DNA from: Desulfobacterales bacterium
GTDB taxonomy: Bacteria; Desulfobacterota; Desulfobacteria; Desulfobacterales; UBA11574
Assembly (NCBI GenBank): GCA_035529735.1
Contig: DATKWE010000023.1
Span: forward strand, 332 to 64,331
Length of the DNA stretch: 64,000 bases
Direction of reading: 5' to 3'
In this document: positions 17,670 to 27,811 of the stretch, piece by piece
Layout: each line of letters opens with the position of its first letter
How positions within the stretch are numbered: the stretch's first letter is position 1
Position numbers and translations under genes: made by a program
The notes under the pieces: model-generated
What the model saw: only the letters and a program-made list of their open reading frames with translations
What the model was told of the DNA's origin: nothing
Databases searched by the model: none

Positions 17670-18650
17670 TTAATCAGAGACATTGACATTATCGTAAGAA
17701 TCAAAATCGGGGATTTCCTGCTTAAAAAAGTCTCTCAGCTTCTTGATAATGTTTTTTTCAACCTGACGGACACGTTCCCTTGATATGTTGTAGCGGTCAC
17801 CGATCTCCTGCAACGTTGCAGGACTGTGGGCAAAAATTCGATGCTCGAATATTTCAAGCTCCCTTGGCGTCATGGTTTTTTTGAACTCTTCAACTTTATT
17901 ATGAAGAAGAGCCTCAATCTCTTTCTTGGCCACTACATCTTCTGTGGATTCGGCGTCTGTATTTATAAAATCTATTCTTTCCGTATCTGAATCATCTTTT
18001 AAAGGCGCATCCAGAGAGACGTCCCAGCCGTCTAGCCGCTGGTCCATATCTATGATTTCGCGTTCGGATACGCCCAGTCTCTCTGAAAGAAGCTTCGGTT
18101 TCGGATCAAACCCCTGGTCAATCAGTTTCTGCTTTTCCTTTTTTAGCTTAAAGAACAGTTTCCGCTGCCCCTGGGTCGTTCCGATTTTTACGAGACGCCA
18201 GTTGTCCATAATGAATTTGAGTATATAGGCTTTTATCCAAAATGAGGCGTAATATGAAAACTTGACATTCTTGTAGGGATCAAATTTTTGAACCGCCTGC
18301 ATAAGTCCGATATTGCCTTCCTGAATCAGATCTAAAAGATTCTGCATCCAGACCCGCTGAAACTCCAAGGCGATCTTTACCACAAGTCTAAGGTTGGCGG
18401 TCACCATAATGTATGCAGCCTCGCTGTCCCCCTCATCCTGAACTTTTTTGCCGAGTTCGATCTCCTGCTCTCGGGTAAGGAGCTTGTATTTACTGATTTC
18501 AGCCAGATATCTTTGGAGCGGATCAAATTTAACCAGGGCCGTATCCGAGGAAGGGGCCTTGGCCTTTCCGCCACCGCCGGTATCTTTTTTAGCCTCGATG
18601 AGATCCGTTTTTTTCTTGGGGCCTTTTTTTCTTGTTGTGGTTTTTTTCAT
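17670..18650 (-). CDS. rpoH: RNA polymerase sigma factor, RpoH (sigma-32)-like
   Basis: Sigma-70 regions 2-4 plus the RpoH-box-like QRKLFFKLKK. Lys-rich N-terminal extension. Confidence 0.8.
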   Translation of the reverse strand: MKKTTTRKKGPKKKTDLIEAKKDTGGGGKAKAPSSDTALVKFDPLQRYLAEISKYKLLTREQEIELGKKVQDEGDSEAAYIMVTANLRLVVKIALEFQRVWMQNLLDLIQEGNIGLMQAVQKFDPYKNVKFSYYASFWIKAYILKFIMDNWRLVKIGTTQGQRKLFFKLKKEKQKLIDQGFDPKPKLLSERLGVSEREIIDMDQRLDGWDVSLDAPLKDDSDTERIDFINTDAESTEDVVAKKEIEALLHNKVEEFKKTMTPRELEIFEHRIFAHSPATLQEIGDRYNISRERVRQVEKNIIKKLRDFFKQEIPDFDSYDNVNVSD

Positions 18651-18733
18651 ATTAATATTTCAATGGGACATCCCCATATTTTTTATGGACATAACGACGG
18701 GCATGTGTTAATTTTGGGTTTTTATTTTTTCGC

Positions 18734-18810
<77 letters not shown>

Positions 18811-18913
18811 ATTTTTTCAGTTGGTTATAATCTATATCATAATCTTTTTTCTGTTTCTGCATCCATTCTGCCACCGGTTGTCCCAAAACGGTGTTTTCAA
18901 GCCTTAAGGTTCT

Positions 18914-19072
18914 CTATGGTATGTATCGGATGTTCCCCCCTGCTCGATAAAAACTCACACGGGCTTGTCTGAGATCTTGAACCCTTATATTTCCGAATCC
19001 ATTTTTATAGCGGTAAAAAAGTGTCTTTTCAACATATTTGATGGTCGCTGAATTTATCAGTGTATCATGAGT
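18914..19072 (-). pseudogene. Possible decayed tyrosine-recombinase C-terminal fragment
   Basis: A short minus-strand frame reads ...KNGFGNIRVQDLRQARVSFYRAGGNIRYIP*. This resembles the integrase HDLRHTfaS..l.aG.dlr.I block with both His replaced by Gln. It lies next to the tRNA 3' end. Confidence 0.25.
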
Positions 19073-19323
19073 TCATTAAAAAGGGCAAGTCTTCCTTTAA
19101 GCTTCACCGCTATTTATCCTTAAGCCCACCGGCGAGCACCCATCCGCAACACCGCCACCGGGAACTTGAATCCGACCTTGGTGGAAGCCCCGGTCCATTC
19201 AAATCAAAGACTCCATTTTAACGGGCTGGATGAAATTTCCATTCTTTTCAATGAATTCAATATACTAAAGAATCTGTTGAAAATTGCCAACAAACGCTAT
19301 ATGGTTTCACGTTTTGGACCCCC

Positions 19324-20676
19324 ATGGTTAATTTCTGTTCTTTTCAGGGCAAAAAGTCGGTTAACAGTCATAGGATGTTAAAACGCTTTAATTTCGAATT
19401 TCGTATTTACCCTTGGAGATGCCCCGCGCGCTTTTCCAGTGGATCCGGGTTGGGAATAAAAAAATTGAATACTGTTGAAACAAGCCGGGTCGGCAAAGAC
19501 CCTACGGCTGGTGGGAGGACTTTTCGCTCTCAACTTACACCACTTTTGCTGATAACCTCCATCTTTTTGTTAAACTTTACGTCCCGACTCATCTTGGCGC
19601 CATTACTGCCTAACATCGAAAAAGATTTGGGATTGAGCCATGGTAATGCCGGTTCGCTTTTTCTGTTCCTTTCCATGGGGTACTTCATATCTTTGTTAGG
19701 GTCCGGGCACATATCTTCTCGGATTACCCACAGAAAAACCATCATTGTCTCGGCGATAGCTGTCGGTGCTGCCCTTTCATTAATCTCTTTTAGCAGAAGT
19801 CTCTTTGCCATGCGAGTGTCCATATTCCTGCTGGGGATTTCAGCCGGAACGTATCTTCCATCAGGGCTTACAACAGTGACATCTTTGGTCAATCCCAGGC
19901 ACTGGGGTAAAGCAATCGCCATTCATGAACTTGCCCCGAATTTGAGCTTTGTCTTAACACCGCTACTGGCTGAATTACTTCTCCATTGGTTCGTCTGGCG
20001 CAATATTTTATTTTGGGTCGGAATCGGTTCGGTTATTATCGGAATTGTCTATGTCCGATTTGGAAAAGGCGGAGATTTCTCAGGAGAAGCACCCAATTTT
20101 TCATCGATCCAGACGATTCTCAAGATCCCGGCTTTCTGGATTTTGATTTTTCTATTCAGTTTGGCCATTACCAGTACGTTGGGAATCTATAACATGCTTC
20201 CGTTATACCTGGTTACCGAACACGGCGTAAGTCGAGATTGGGCCAACACCCTGGTGGGCATTTCCCGCATTTCGACGTTAGGGACGGCGTTTATCGGCGG
20301 ATGGGCAACAGACCGGTTTGGAGCGAAAAGCGTTATGCTGAGCGTGTTTTTTGTTACCGGAATTTTCATACTGCTGCTGGGAATTGTATCAACGCGCTGG
20401 GTTGCCACTTTAGTATTTCTTCAACCCATGCTGGCGGTATGCTTTTTCCCCTCCGGATTTGCCGCCCTGTCATCGATAAGTACACCTGAAAACCGAAATG
20501 TGGCCATCTCTTTAGCCATACCCATCGCGTTTGTTTTAGGTGCCGGTGTTGTCCCGACGTTGATCGGCGTTATTGCGGACCAGGGTTATTTCTCCTGGGG
20601 CATCCGTCTCTCCGGGGTACTGGTCATGACGGGTTTCTTTTTATCATTCTTTCTTAAATTATCAGACGGGCGGTAA
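19324..20676 (+). CDS. MFS transporter (start codon uncertain)
   Basis: 12-TM-like hydrophobic profile. The first ~70 codons are not membrane-like, so the true start may lie downstream. Confidence 0.8.
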   Translation: MVNFCSFQGKKSVNSHRMLKRFNFEFRIYPWRCPARFSSGSGLGIKKLNTVETSRVGKDPTAGGRTFRSQLTPLLLITSIFLLNFTSRLILAPLLPNIEKDLGLSHGNAGSLFLFLSMGYFISLLGSGHISSRITHRKTIIVSAIAVGAALSLISFSRSLFAMRVSIFLLGISAGTYLPSGLTTVTSLVNPRHWGKAIAIHELAPNLSFVLTPLLAELLLHWFVWRNILFWVGIGSVIIGIVYVRFGKGGDFSGEAPNFSSIQTILKIPAFWILIFLFSLAITSTLGIYNMLPLYLVTEHGVSRDWANTLVGISRISTLGTAFIGGWATDRFGAKSVMLSVFFVTGIFILLLGIVSTRWVATLVFLQPMLAVCFFPSGFAALSSISTPENRNVAISLAIPIAFVLGAGVVPTLIGVIADQGYFSWGIRLSGVLVMTGFFLSFFLKLSDGR

Positions 20677-20811
20677 TCTTACCCCCAAAGTTTAAAAATT
20701 CTAAAGTGAAGCAGAAGGCGACGGCCGCCAACCCTGGGGCAGGACTTCGGCAATCTCTGCAGCGCCGGCCCTGATTTGCAGGGCCTATTCCACCGGGCCC
20801 GCTGTTGCAGT

Positions 20812-22053
20812 TCATCCAATTATTCCGACCACTGCGCCGGTCATACACGTGGCCAGAGTTCCCGCAATAATAGAGCGGAATCCCAAGGAAACGATCTCAT
20901 CCTGTTTTTCCGGAGCCATTGTACCCATTCCTCCGATCATGATCCCCAGACTGCCGGGGTTGGCGAATCCGCACATGGCATACGTCATAATCAACATGCT
21001 TTTAGGGTTCAGCGCTCCCGGCGCCAGCCGGCTCAGGTCCAGATACGCCAAAAACTCGTTCAGAATGGTCTTGGTTCCCATCAGCGCGCCGGCGGTGAAC
21101 GCCTCTGCCCAGGGAATACCCATAAACCAGACCACCGGCGCCATGACCAGCCCTAGAACCCGCTGCAGACTCACCGGACGGCCGCCGAAATCAGGAAAAA
21201 GACCGAGCATTAAATTTACAAAGTGAACCAGGGCGACGAGAACAATGAGCATTGCAATGATATTGATTAAAAGCTGAACGCCTTGAATGGTTCCTTTGGT
21301 AACAGCATCCATTGCGCTAAGTGCCGGTTCGGCAGGTGTTAATTCTCCGGATGTAAGTTCACCGGTTTCAGGTATCATGATTTTTGAAATCGTTATGGCG
21401 GCAGGAATACTGATAATGGAAGCTGTCAGAATGTGTCCCATAATATCGGGAATGGTCTTGCTCAAAATACTGGCATACAGAACCATGACGGTGCCGGCGA
21501 TTGTAGCCATACCGGTGGTCATCAGGGTAAATATTTCGCTTCGGGTCATCGCCTTCAAATACGGACGTATAAAGAGCGGGGATTCCACCATCCCCACAAA
21601 TATGTTGGCTGAAACACCGAGCCCTTCTGCCCCTCCCAACCCCATGGTTTTCCGCAACGCCCAAGAAAAGGCCCTCACCACCAGGGGCAAGATTTTCCAG
21701 TAAAATAAAAGTGATGAAAGGGCACTTATTACAAGAATCAGCGGGAGGGCCTGGAAGGCTAAAATAAAACTGGAACCCGGAAAATTTTCAGCAAACGGCA
21801 AACTCCCGCCCCCAAGATAACCGAATACCATGGATGTTCCGGCTTTCGTCGATTCTTCAAGTGACAGGACAAGGCGGTTCAAAGATATAAAAAAACTTCT
21901 GAAAACCGGTAATTTCAATAAAATGATTCCAATGGCCAGTTGGATTCCAATGCCGGCGATTGCCCGTTTAACGTTGACCTTTGTACGGTTTTCGCTGATC
22001 AACCAGGCAATGCCTGAAAAAACAAAGAGTCCGGCCGCACTTTGGATGATCAT
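20812..22053 (-). CDS. nupC: NupC/CNT-family nucleoside transporter
   Basis: 413 aa with the CNT signature regions (GTKTILNEFLAY, CGFANPGSLGI). Confidence 0.9.
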   Translation of the reverse strand: MIIQSAAGLFVFSGIAWLISENRTKVNVKRAIAGIGIQLAIGIILLKLPVFRSFFISLNRLVLSLEESTKAGTSMVFGYLGGGSLPFAENFPGSSFILAFQALPLILVISALSSLLFYWKILPLVVRAFSWALRKTMGLGGAEGLGVSANIFVGMVESPLFIRPYLKAMTRSEIFTLMTTGMATIAGTVMVLYASILSKTIPDIMGHILTASIISIPAAITISKIMIPETGELTSGELTPAEPALSAMDAVTKGTIQGVQLLINIIAMLIVLVALVHFVNLMLGLFPDFGGRPVSLQRVLGLVMAPVVWFMGIPWAEAFTAGALMGTKTILNEFLAYLDLSRLAPGALNPKSMLIMTYAMCGFANPGSLGIMIGGMGTMAPEKQDEIVSLGFRSIIAGTLATCMTGAVVGIIG

Positions 22054-22448
22054 GGGTTGGACCTTTATTGTCGCTGAATTTTATTGTTTGAAATAGACCC
22101 TTCAACCATATCATATTCCAGTAAAAATAAGAATTTTTAATATATTTAAAATTTGACATAATCATTTTTTTTATATTATAAAAATTAATACCCTTAAGGA
22201 GATCTTACGGTTCTCTAATTCATCCCGTTTCAGGTTGCATCGATATTCTCCTCCGCCGGATATTCTTACTCGGTTTTCTCAACTGCCAATCATGTTCGTT
22301 TAGATTTGATACCTGACTATTCTCGATCAGAAACTGAAAACATTTTCCACTTTTCGATCTCTTAAGATTTCATTAGGTTTTGCTTTGATTTCATATGGTT
22401 TACTTTATAATTTTAAAGTGTTTACCGACCTAACGAAAGGAGGTCATT

Positions 22449-22745
22449 ATGGCAGTCAAAATTTTCATCAAGAGAAAAATAAAAGACGGGAAGTTGAATG
22501 AGGTCTCTAAGCTCCTTATCAAGGCCCGGTACAATGCCATGGATCAGGAGGGTTACATTTCATCGGAAACATTGAGCGGCTGCGATCGTCCAAACCATGT
22601 GATGGTGATATCCATGTGGCAGAGAATAGCGCATTGGAACCAATGGAAAAATAGTGATCTCAGAGCCGAAAACGAGGCAGCGTTTGCAGCGTTGATTGAT
22701 GAACCGACCGAATACGAAACCTACAATTTGGGGTTGCAGCTTTAA
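22449..22745 (+). CDS. ABM (antibiotic biosynthesis monooxygenase-like) domain protein
   Basis: 98 aa, ferredoxin-like ABM pattern, strong SD AAAGGAGG. Confidence 0.7.
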   Translation: MAVKIFIKRKIKDGKLNEVSKLLIKARYNAMDQEGYISSETLSGCDRPNHVMVISMWQRIAHWNQWKNSDLRAENEAAFAALIDEPTEYETYNLGLQL

Positions 22746-22803
22746 GGCGGGTTTAATTGCAACAGCGCACCCGGTCGAATTGCGCTTTGCGCACCCTTCG
22801 GGG

Positions 22804-22840
22804 ATTGAAGCTCCCTGAAGCCCCGCAACGTGAGATTTCC
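22804..22840 (+). repeat. Copy 1 of a ~37-nt dispersed repeat (ATTGAAGCTCCC.GAAG.CCCGCAA.GTG.GATTTCC)
   Basis: Aligns with 55940-55974 with 33 matches, 2 mismatches and 2 single-nt gaps. Confidence 0.85.
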
Positions 22841-22850
22841 GCCCCAGTTT

Positions 22851-22870
22851 GTTTACGATCAATTAGGGTT
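22851..22870 (+). repeat. Copy b of the dispersed 20-mer GTTTACGATCAATTAGGGTT
   Basis: Exact match to 15006-15025. It overlaps the last codons and stop of the CysZ-like gene. Confidence 0.9.
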
Positions 22871-23591
22871 CAATTTTGCCGTCAATGCGCTCGATATAAA
22901 AAAGTGTGGCCCCCACCGGGGCAAACGATAAAAAAATGATATTCAGTCCCGGAATCAGAAACCACAGCCCGAAACCGAGGTGAAAGTTAAAGTTTCTGAG
23001 CAAAAATTTAAACCGGTTGCCAAAGGGTTCAAGTCTTCTTGCCGGAACCAGATCCGTATTGTCCCAGGCCAGGAAAATTCCCGCCGCAAGGGATGAAATG
23101 ACGGTCAGCACAGGAGACAGCGGTGTGAGCCAGCCAAGAATCATGAGCAGCAGCAAAATCATCACCGGAATAACAGCCCTGGGGATTTCCTGTCTGAGCA
23201 GGAAGAAAAAATACTTAAACCATGGCACGTGTCGGGACTCTTTTTGCCCGCCGGTTAACCGCTGTTCGGTGATTCTGGACATGGCATCCATGATGATCAC
23301 GCTGAACAAAAATTGGGAGATGAGAAAGGAAAGCACTGCCGAAAGCCCCACGAGCAGCAACGCCACGAGCCATGAAACAAGACGCCACAGCCAGACAATC
23401 CATGCGCTGTCCGGTCGGCCCCATATTAAATTCAGAATTTCTTGATGGTACTCGAGGATAAGGGTTGCCGTGACAAGGGTAATCACCACGATTATCAGGA
23501 TCCGGACCAGTCCCAGAACCAGCAGCCCCGGCGTTTTCACCCCAAGTTTGAGCCCCCTGTAATTGTATGCGATGCCGCTGAACAGATTCAT
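22863..23591 (-). CDS. EI24/CysZ-family membrane protein
   Basis: Polytopic membrane protein with an EI24/CysZ-like C-terminal pattern. I moved the start to ATG 23591 (MNLFSGIAY...). Confidence 0.65.
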   Translation of the reverse strand: MNLFSGIAYNYRGLKLGVKTPGLLVLGLVRILIIVVITLVTATLILEYHQEILNLIWGRPDSAWIVWLWRLVSWLVALLLVGLSAVLSFLISQFLFSVIIMDAMSRITEQRLTGGQKESRHVPWFKYFFFLLRQEIPRAVIPVMILLLLMILGWLTPLSPVLTVISSLAAGIFLAWDNTDLVPARRLEPFGNRFKFLLRNFNFHLGFGLWFLIPGLNIIFLSFAPVGATLFYIERIDGKIEP

Positions 23592-23616
23592 GGTTTTTAC
23601 CTTAAGTCTTACGGAT

Positions 23617-24897
23617 TTATTTTCCACAGCGAAGGAGAACGGTCTGAAACGCATGATACTCGCGTGTTGCTTCCTTTTGGGCCGTATCGCGCATTTCGTT
23701 CATCGCTTCATAATGTTTAAAAACCAAATCCACCAGGTTTTTATCCAATTCGTCCGCATCCACCATCGCTTGTAAAACCGCTGTGGTGCTTTCCGGGGTC
23801 ATCCCTTTCCGATAGGGTCGATCTTCCGTCAAGGCCGTAAAAACATCGGCCACGGCCATGATTCTGGAGCCGAGGGGCAGATCGTCCGCCATAAGCCCGA
23901 AAGGATAACCCGTACCATTGAGCCGCTCTTGATGTAAAGACCCCCAGGAACTTACGACACTGAGCATATCGAACGGTTCAAGTGCTTGAAATGTATAATA
24001 AACATGGGAACGCATGATGAACCGTTCATGCTCGGTAAGCGTATCCCGTTTCTCGAGAATTTCAGAAGGGATGGCAAGCTTACCGAGGTCGTGAAGATAC
24101 GCGGCGATTTCGATAAGCCTGCGTTCATACCTTGAAAAACCCGCCAATTTGGCCAGTTGAACCGCTATGACCGAGACGCCACTGGAATGTGACGCCGTAA
24201 ATTCGCTTTTGAAATCGATCAGCCGGCATATCAATCGAGAAAAATCCACCAGTTCTTCGATGGCAAGTTCCCTTCTCTGATGCAAAACAGTTCGCCTTAA
24301 AATCACCTCGATGGAATCAGATACGACATCCAGCCAGATATACTCTCGTTTGGCAATTTTCAATAGTGCATCAACATGTTCAGGAACGAATATTTCGCCG
24401 CTTCGCGCTGAAATTGCATCACAAATTCCGTGAACTTGACTCAGGACCGGGGCCTTCCTCGATATTTTGACCGCCACACGATCCGCCAGATGGATGATAT
24501 GGCTTCCAATGGGGACGGATTCACCCGCTTGCGTCGCTCCGCGTCCATTTTCCCAGGGTACATGATGGAATTTTATCAGTTGGGCAATCGGCGAAAACGG
24601 TTTAAACGTTTCAAGGATAAGGCTCCCGGCAAAGGAATGCTCCCCGGGTTTTGTATCCTCAAATTCCAGCAGATCGAGTCGATCCTGCAGGGAGAACGCG
24701 CCGATATCATGCAACGCACCGGCGATAAACAGCTCGAACCTTTCGTCATCCGACAAATTTAATTCTTCACTCAATCGATACGCCAAATAGGCGACCTGCA
24801 TATGATGACTTCCCACGGCCGGGCTCATCATATCGACAATCCTGGCAATCGAAGACACCAGATCGAACATATCCACGCGAAGTTTATGTGAAGACAT
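23617..24897 (-). CDS. HD-GYP domain protein with an extra N-terminal HD-like module
   Basis: YLHDLGK, HQERLNGTGYPFG. Start moved to ATG 24897 (SD AAAGGA). Confidence 0.85.
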   Translation of the reverse strand: MSSHKLRVDMFDLVSSIARIVDMMSPAVGSHHMQVAYLAYRLSEELNLSDDERFELFIAGALHDIGAFSLQDRLDLLEFEDTKPGEHSFAGSLILETFKPFSPIAQLIKFHHVPWENGRGATQAGESVPIGSHIIHLADRVAVKISRKAPVLSQVHGICDAISARSGEIFVPEHVDALLKIAKREYIWLDVVSDSIEVILRRTVLHQRRELAIEELVDFSRLICRLIDFKSEFTASHSSGVSVIAVQLAKLAGFSRYERRLIEIAAYLHDLGKLAIPSEILEKRDTLTEHERFIMRSHVYYTFQALEPFDMLSVVSSWGSLHQERLNGTGYPFGLMADDLPLGSRIMAVADVFTALTEDRPYRKGMTPESTTAVLQAMVDADELDKNLVDLVFKHYEAMNEMRDTAQKEATREYHAFQTVLLRCGK

Positions 24898-25014
24898 GAT
24901 TGTTTTTCCTTTAAAAAACCGCTGCATCAACCGTTGACAGGGTGATCTCGTCAGGCCTCAAAACAAAGGATCGCCACAATGCCGGCAAGGCTGAATTCGG
25001 GGAGGATTGTGCGT

Positions 25015-25839
25015 TCACTTTAAAATTCTCAACCGATGGGTTTCTTTTAATTTCTCCCAGAGTTTTTCTAAAATCACCCAGGACGCATCGGTCTCATTGA
25101 GCGTGTCGTTGCCCGAAACCGTCATGCAAGATTCAAACAACAGTCTATTAACCCCGTTTCGCAACAACTGGTCTTTTATATATCGACCTAAAGACACATC
25201 GAGTTGGGCCAATTCCTCTCTTTTTAAATTTGCCAATTGCACGCTATCTTGCAAGTGCATTTCTGATATTAATTTTACGACAGCTTCCTCAACGGTTCTG
25301 GGAGGGATAAGGCCTTTGTCATAATAATCCGATGGATCGTCATCACTCAAAGGTTCACCGGGTTTAGTTTTGACCAACCCCAGTAATATTGAACCTTCGA
25401 CAATGTCCATGGTGTCTTTGTAAATGGTGGAATCTTCGCTGGCCCTTGAACCCGTCACGTTCAGAACTTCGATGTTGTTTTCCAAGACCCAAGTGTTTAT
25501 CTTGGATGCGATGACAAACGTTGAGCTTTCTTTTAAATCCACGTGCAGACACGGACGGCGATGTTTATCTGCCATCTTCCGGCTGTATTCAGCACCGCCG
25601 GTCGGTTCTCCATGGGAGATTATCACCGTCCCGTCAGAATCGATAATATTCTGTTCAATCCGTTGTTTATAGCCGGCGGTGGGCAATTCTTTCAGTTGAT
25701 ATTTTGCAGGCACTATCCCGCTTTGGGTTTTACGGCCTTTCTGAATCCACCCGCCATGGGGAAATCCCAGTTTAATGGCAACATCCAATGCAGCCTGGTC
25801 TGCACCGATTTGACCGCCGGAAATGATTTTTCTAATCAC
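25015..25839 (-). CDS. SLOG-superfamily protein (MoCo-carrier/YpsA-like) with an unassigned C-terminal ~120-aa helical domain
   Basis: The N-terminus IISGGQIGADQAALDVAIKLGFPHGGW...VLNVTGSRASE is the MoCo-carrier-like SLOG pattern. GTG start with SD GGAGGA. Confidence 0.7.
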   Translation of the reverse strand: MIRKIISGGQIGADQAALDVAIKLGFPHGGWIQKGRKTQSGIVPAKYQLKELPTAGYKQRIEQNIIDSDGTVIISHGEPTGGAEYSRKMADKHRRPCLHVDLKESSTFVIASKINTWVLENNIEVLNVTGSRASEDSTIYKDTMDIVEGSILLGLVKTKPGEPLSDDDPSDYYDKGLIPPRTVEEAVVKLISEMHLQDSVQLANLKREELAQLDVSLGRYIKDQLLRNGVNRLLFESCMTVSGNDTLNETDASWVILEKLWEKLKETHRLRILK

Positions 25840-26011
25840 TCTTTTCCTCCATTATCCTGATCTTCATCCCCGGCTCGAGTGGAATGTACCTTCCATTTTG
25901 GGCGGTAATCCCTATTTCATGATGCCCGCAGGCATCACATTTGCGTGCAGTTACGATACCTTCAACAGATTTTTTGCAGGCAGGTTTCTCATTTAAACAT
26001 TTTTTGTTCAT
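25832..26011 (-). CDS. Small zinc-ribbon-like protein (59 aa), not in the ORF track
   Basis: Hand translation gives MNKKCLNEKPACKKSVEGIVTARKCDACGHHEIGITAQNGRYIPLEPGMKIRIMEEKSD*. Cys pattern is Cx6C...CxxC. The stop overlaps the SLOG GTG start by 8 nt. Confidence 0.45.
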   Translation of the reverse strand: MNKKCLNEKPACKKSVEGIVTARKCDACGHHEIGITAQNGRYIPLEPGMKIRIMEEKSD

Positions 26012-26199
26012 TGGATATGGATCCTTTTAACTCGGAAATGCCCTAACTGCGCGAAATAAAATAACCATACATCGAAAATTTATGCAGATATTCGGGTGTT
26101 GTCTGAACATGACGTTGGGTTCATGGAGTCAGTGGACATTTTTTGAAGATTCTCGATCGAAAGGAATTGAACTTCATAAAAAAACAATAAATATTAAAT

Positions 26200-27726
26200 T
26201 TACTGCGTGCCGCCATACAACGCTTTTATTTTTTCCCGGTCCGGCGAACCGTCTTCGCGGGTCGGCATATCGGCGACAAACTCCACGTATTGGGGCTTTT
26301 TAAAACTGGCGATACGCCCGCCGACAAACCGTATAAGATCTTGAGGCTCCAATCTTTCATCAGCTTTTAACAGGCAGACGGCCTTGATCCCCTCTTTCCA
26401 TTTGGGATCGGGAACCCCGAAGACAACCACTCCTTCAACGGCCGGATGCTGTAGAATCACTTTTTCGACTTCTGCAGGATAGACGTTTTCTCCGCCCGGC
26501 TTTATAAGCTCCTTCTCCGCCTTACGGCCTGAATACCAGAGAAAACCATCCGCATCAAAGCGGCCCAAATCTCCGGTGTGGTGCCACCCTTCTCGGAATG
26601 TATGGGCGGTATCTTCCGGAAGATTCCAGTATCCTTTAAAGACCAAAGGCCCCTTCAGGGTGATTTCACCCACCTGTCCGTTTGGAACCGGACGATCATA
26701 ATCATCGACAAGTCTCACATTTCCAAGGGGTATCGTTTTCCCGGCCGATCCCGGTCTGTCGTTGTAACGCCCCATGGTGGCCAAACCGGTGGTCTCCGTT
26801 TGTCCGTAAATGGTATAAAACGTGCCGCCGGTAAGGTGTTGATATTTCTCGATGGTCTCCGGAACATCCAGCCCCATAACCGCTCTGAGGCTTTTGATAT
26901 CTTTACCGGTTTTTTCGTGCTGCTCGAGGATGGAAGCGAGTATCGGCGAAAAATCGAAAAAGATGGAAACTTTTTTTTCTTCGATGAGTTCAACCGCCTT
27001 TTCAGCTTCAAATTTTCTCATGTTTACGTTCAGAGCACCTGCTTGAAAGCTGTTCAAGGCCATGAAAAGACCGCCGACATGGAACATGGGCAGAAGATTT
27101 AAATGAACGTCTTCGGGTGTCAGATTAAAGCAATGGTTCAAATGGAGACCGGCACACATGAGATTGCCATGGCTCAGCAAGGCACCCCTGGGATTTCCTT
27201 CCACAGCGGCGGTATGAATCAGAACCAGACCGTCATCGTCGGAAACATCTACCGCTTCAAAGTCGCCCGGATTATTCATTAAAGAATCAACCGCGATAAA
27301 GTCTCCGCTTTTGGGTTGGAGATTATAGTATTTTTTTATGGTCGGAAGACGGTCTTTCAAGTCCTGGGTCAGTGTCTGGAACGTTGCATCGACAAACAGC
27401 GCTTCGGGCTCACAATCATTCAGGTTAAAATGGATCTCGTCGGCTGATAGTCGCCAGTTAACCGGCAAAACGATTGCTCCCAAGGCAGCAGCGGCCCCAT
27501 AAAGGATAAAATACTCACGACTGTTTTTCCCCAGAACTCCGATGCGATCGCCTTTTTTAATATTGGATCTTTGCAGGCCGCAGGCCATGCGATCCACCAT
27601 CTCTTTATACTGAACGAAGGTCATGGTCCGGTGGTCGTCGACCTCGAACCATGCAGCGCTGTCAGCAAAACATACGGCGTTTCTATCGATAAGATCATAA
27701 AAAGTAAAATCGTATAGACCCATCAA
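26200..27726 (-). CDS. AMP-dependent synthetase/ligase (acyl- or aryl-CoA ligase)
   Basis: 508 aa adenylate-forming enzyme (IYGQTET, TGDLGRFDADGFLWYSGRK, GGENVYPAEVE). Confidence 0.85.
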   Translation of the reverse strand: MMGLYDFTFYDLIDRNAVCFADSAAWFEVDDHRTMTFVQYKEMVDRMACGLQRSNIKKGDRIGVLGKNSREYFILYGAAAALGAIVLPVNWRLSADEIHFNLNDCEPEALFVDATFQTLTQDLKDRLPTIKKYYNLQPKSGDFIAVDSLMNNPGDFEAVDVSDDDGLVLIHTAAVEGNPRGALLSHGNLMCAGLHLNHCFNLTPEDVHLNLLPMFHVGGLFMALNSFQAGALNVNMRKFEAEKAVELIEEKKVSIFFDFSPILASILEQHEKTGKDIKSLRAVMGLDVPETIEKYQHLTGGTFYTIYGQTETTGLATMGRYNDRPGSAGKTIPLGNVRLVDDYDRPVPNGQVGEITLKGPLVFKGYWNLPEDTAHTFREGWHHTGDLGRFDADGFLWYSGRKAEKELIKPGGENVYPAEVEKVILQHPAVEGVVVFGVPDPKWKEGIKAVCLLKADERLEPQDLIRFVGGRIASFKKPQYVEFVADMPTREDGSPDREKIKALYGGTQ

Positions 27727-27811
27727 AGACCTCGGATATTTTCGCTATTGAACTAAAACAGGTTACGCACGCCAACCGGTATGTGGCTGGAATACGCAAC
27801 CTGTTACATGA

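Noticed and set aside
18811-19323. Defined genomic island or att site at tRNA-Arg.
   Set aside because: I found no direct repeat of the tRNA 3' end downstream, only 9/12-type partial matches. Only the weak integrase relic is reported.
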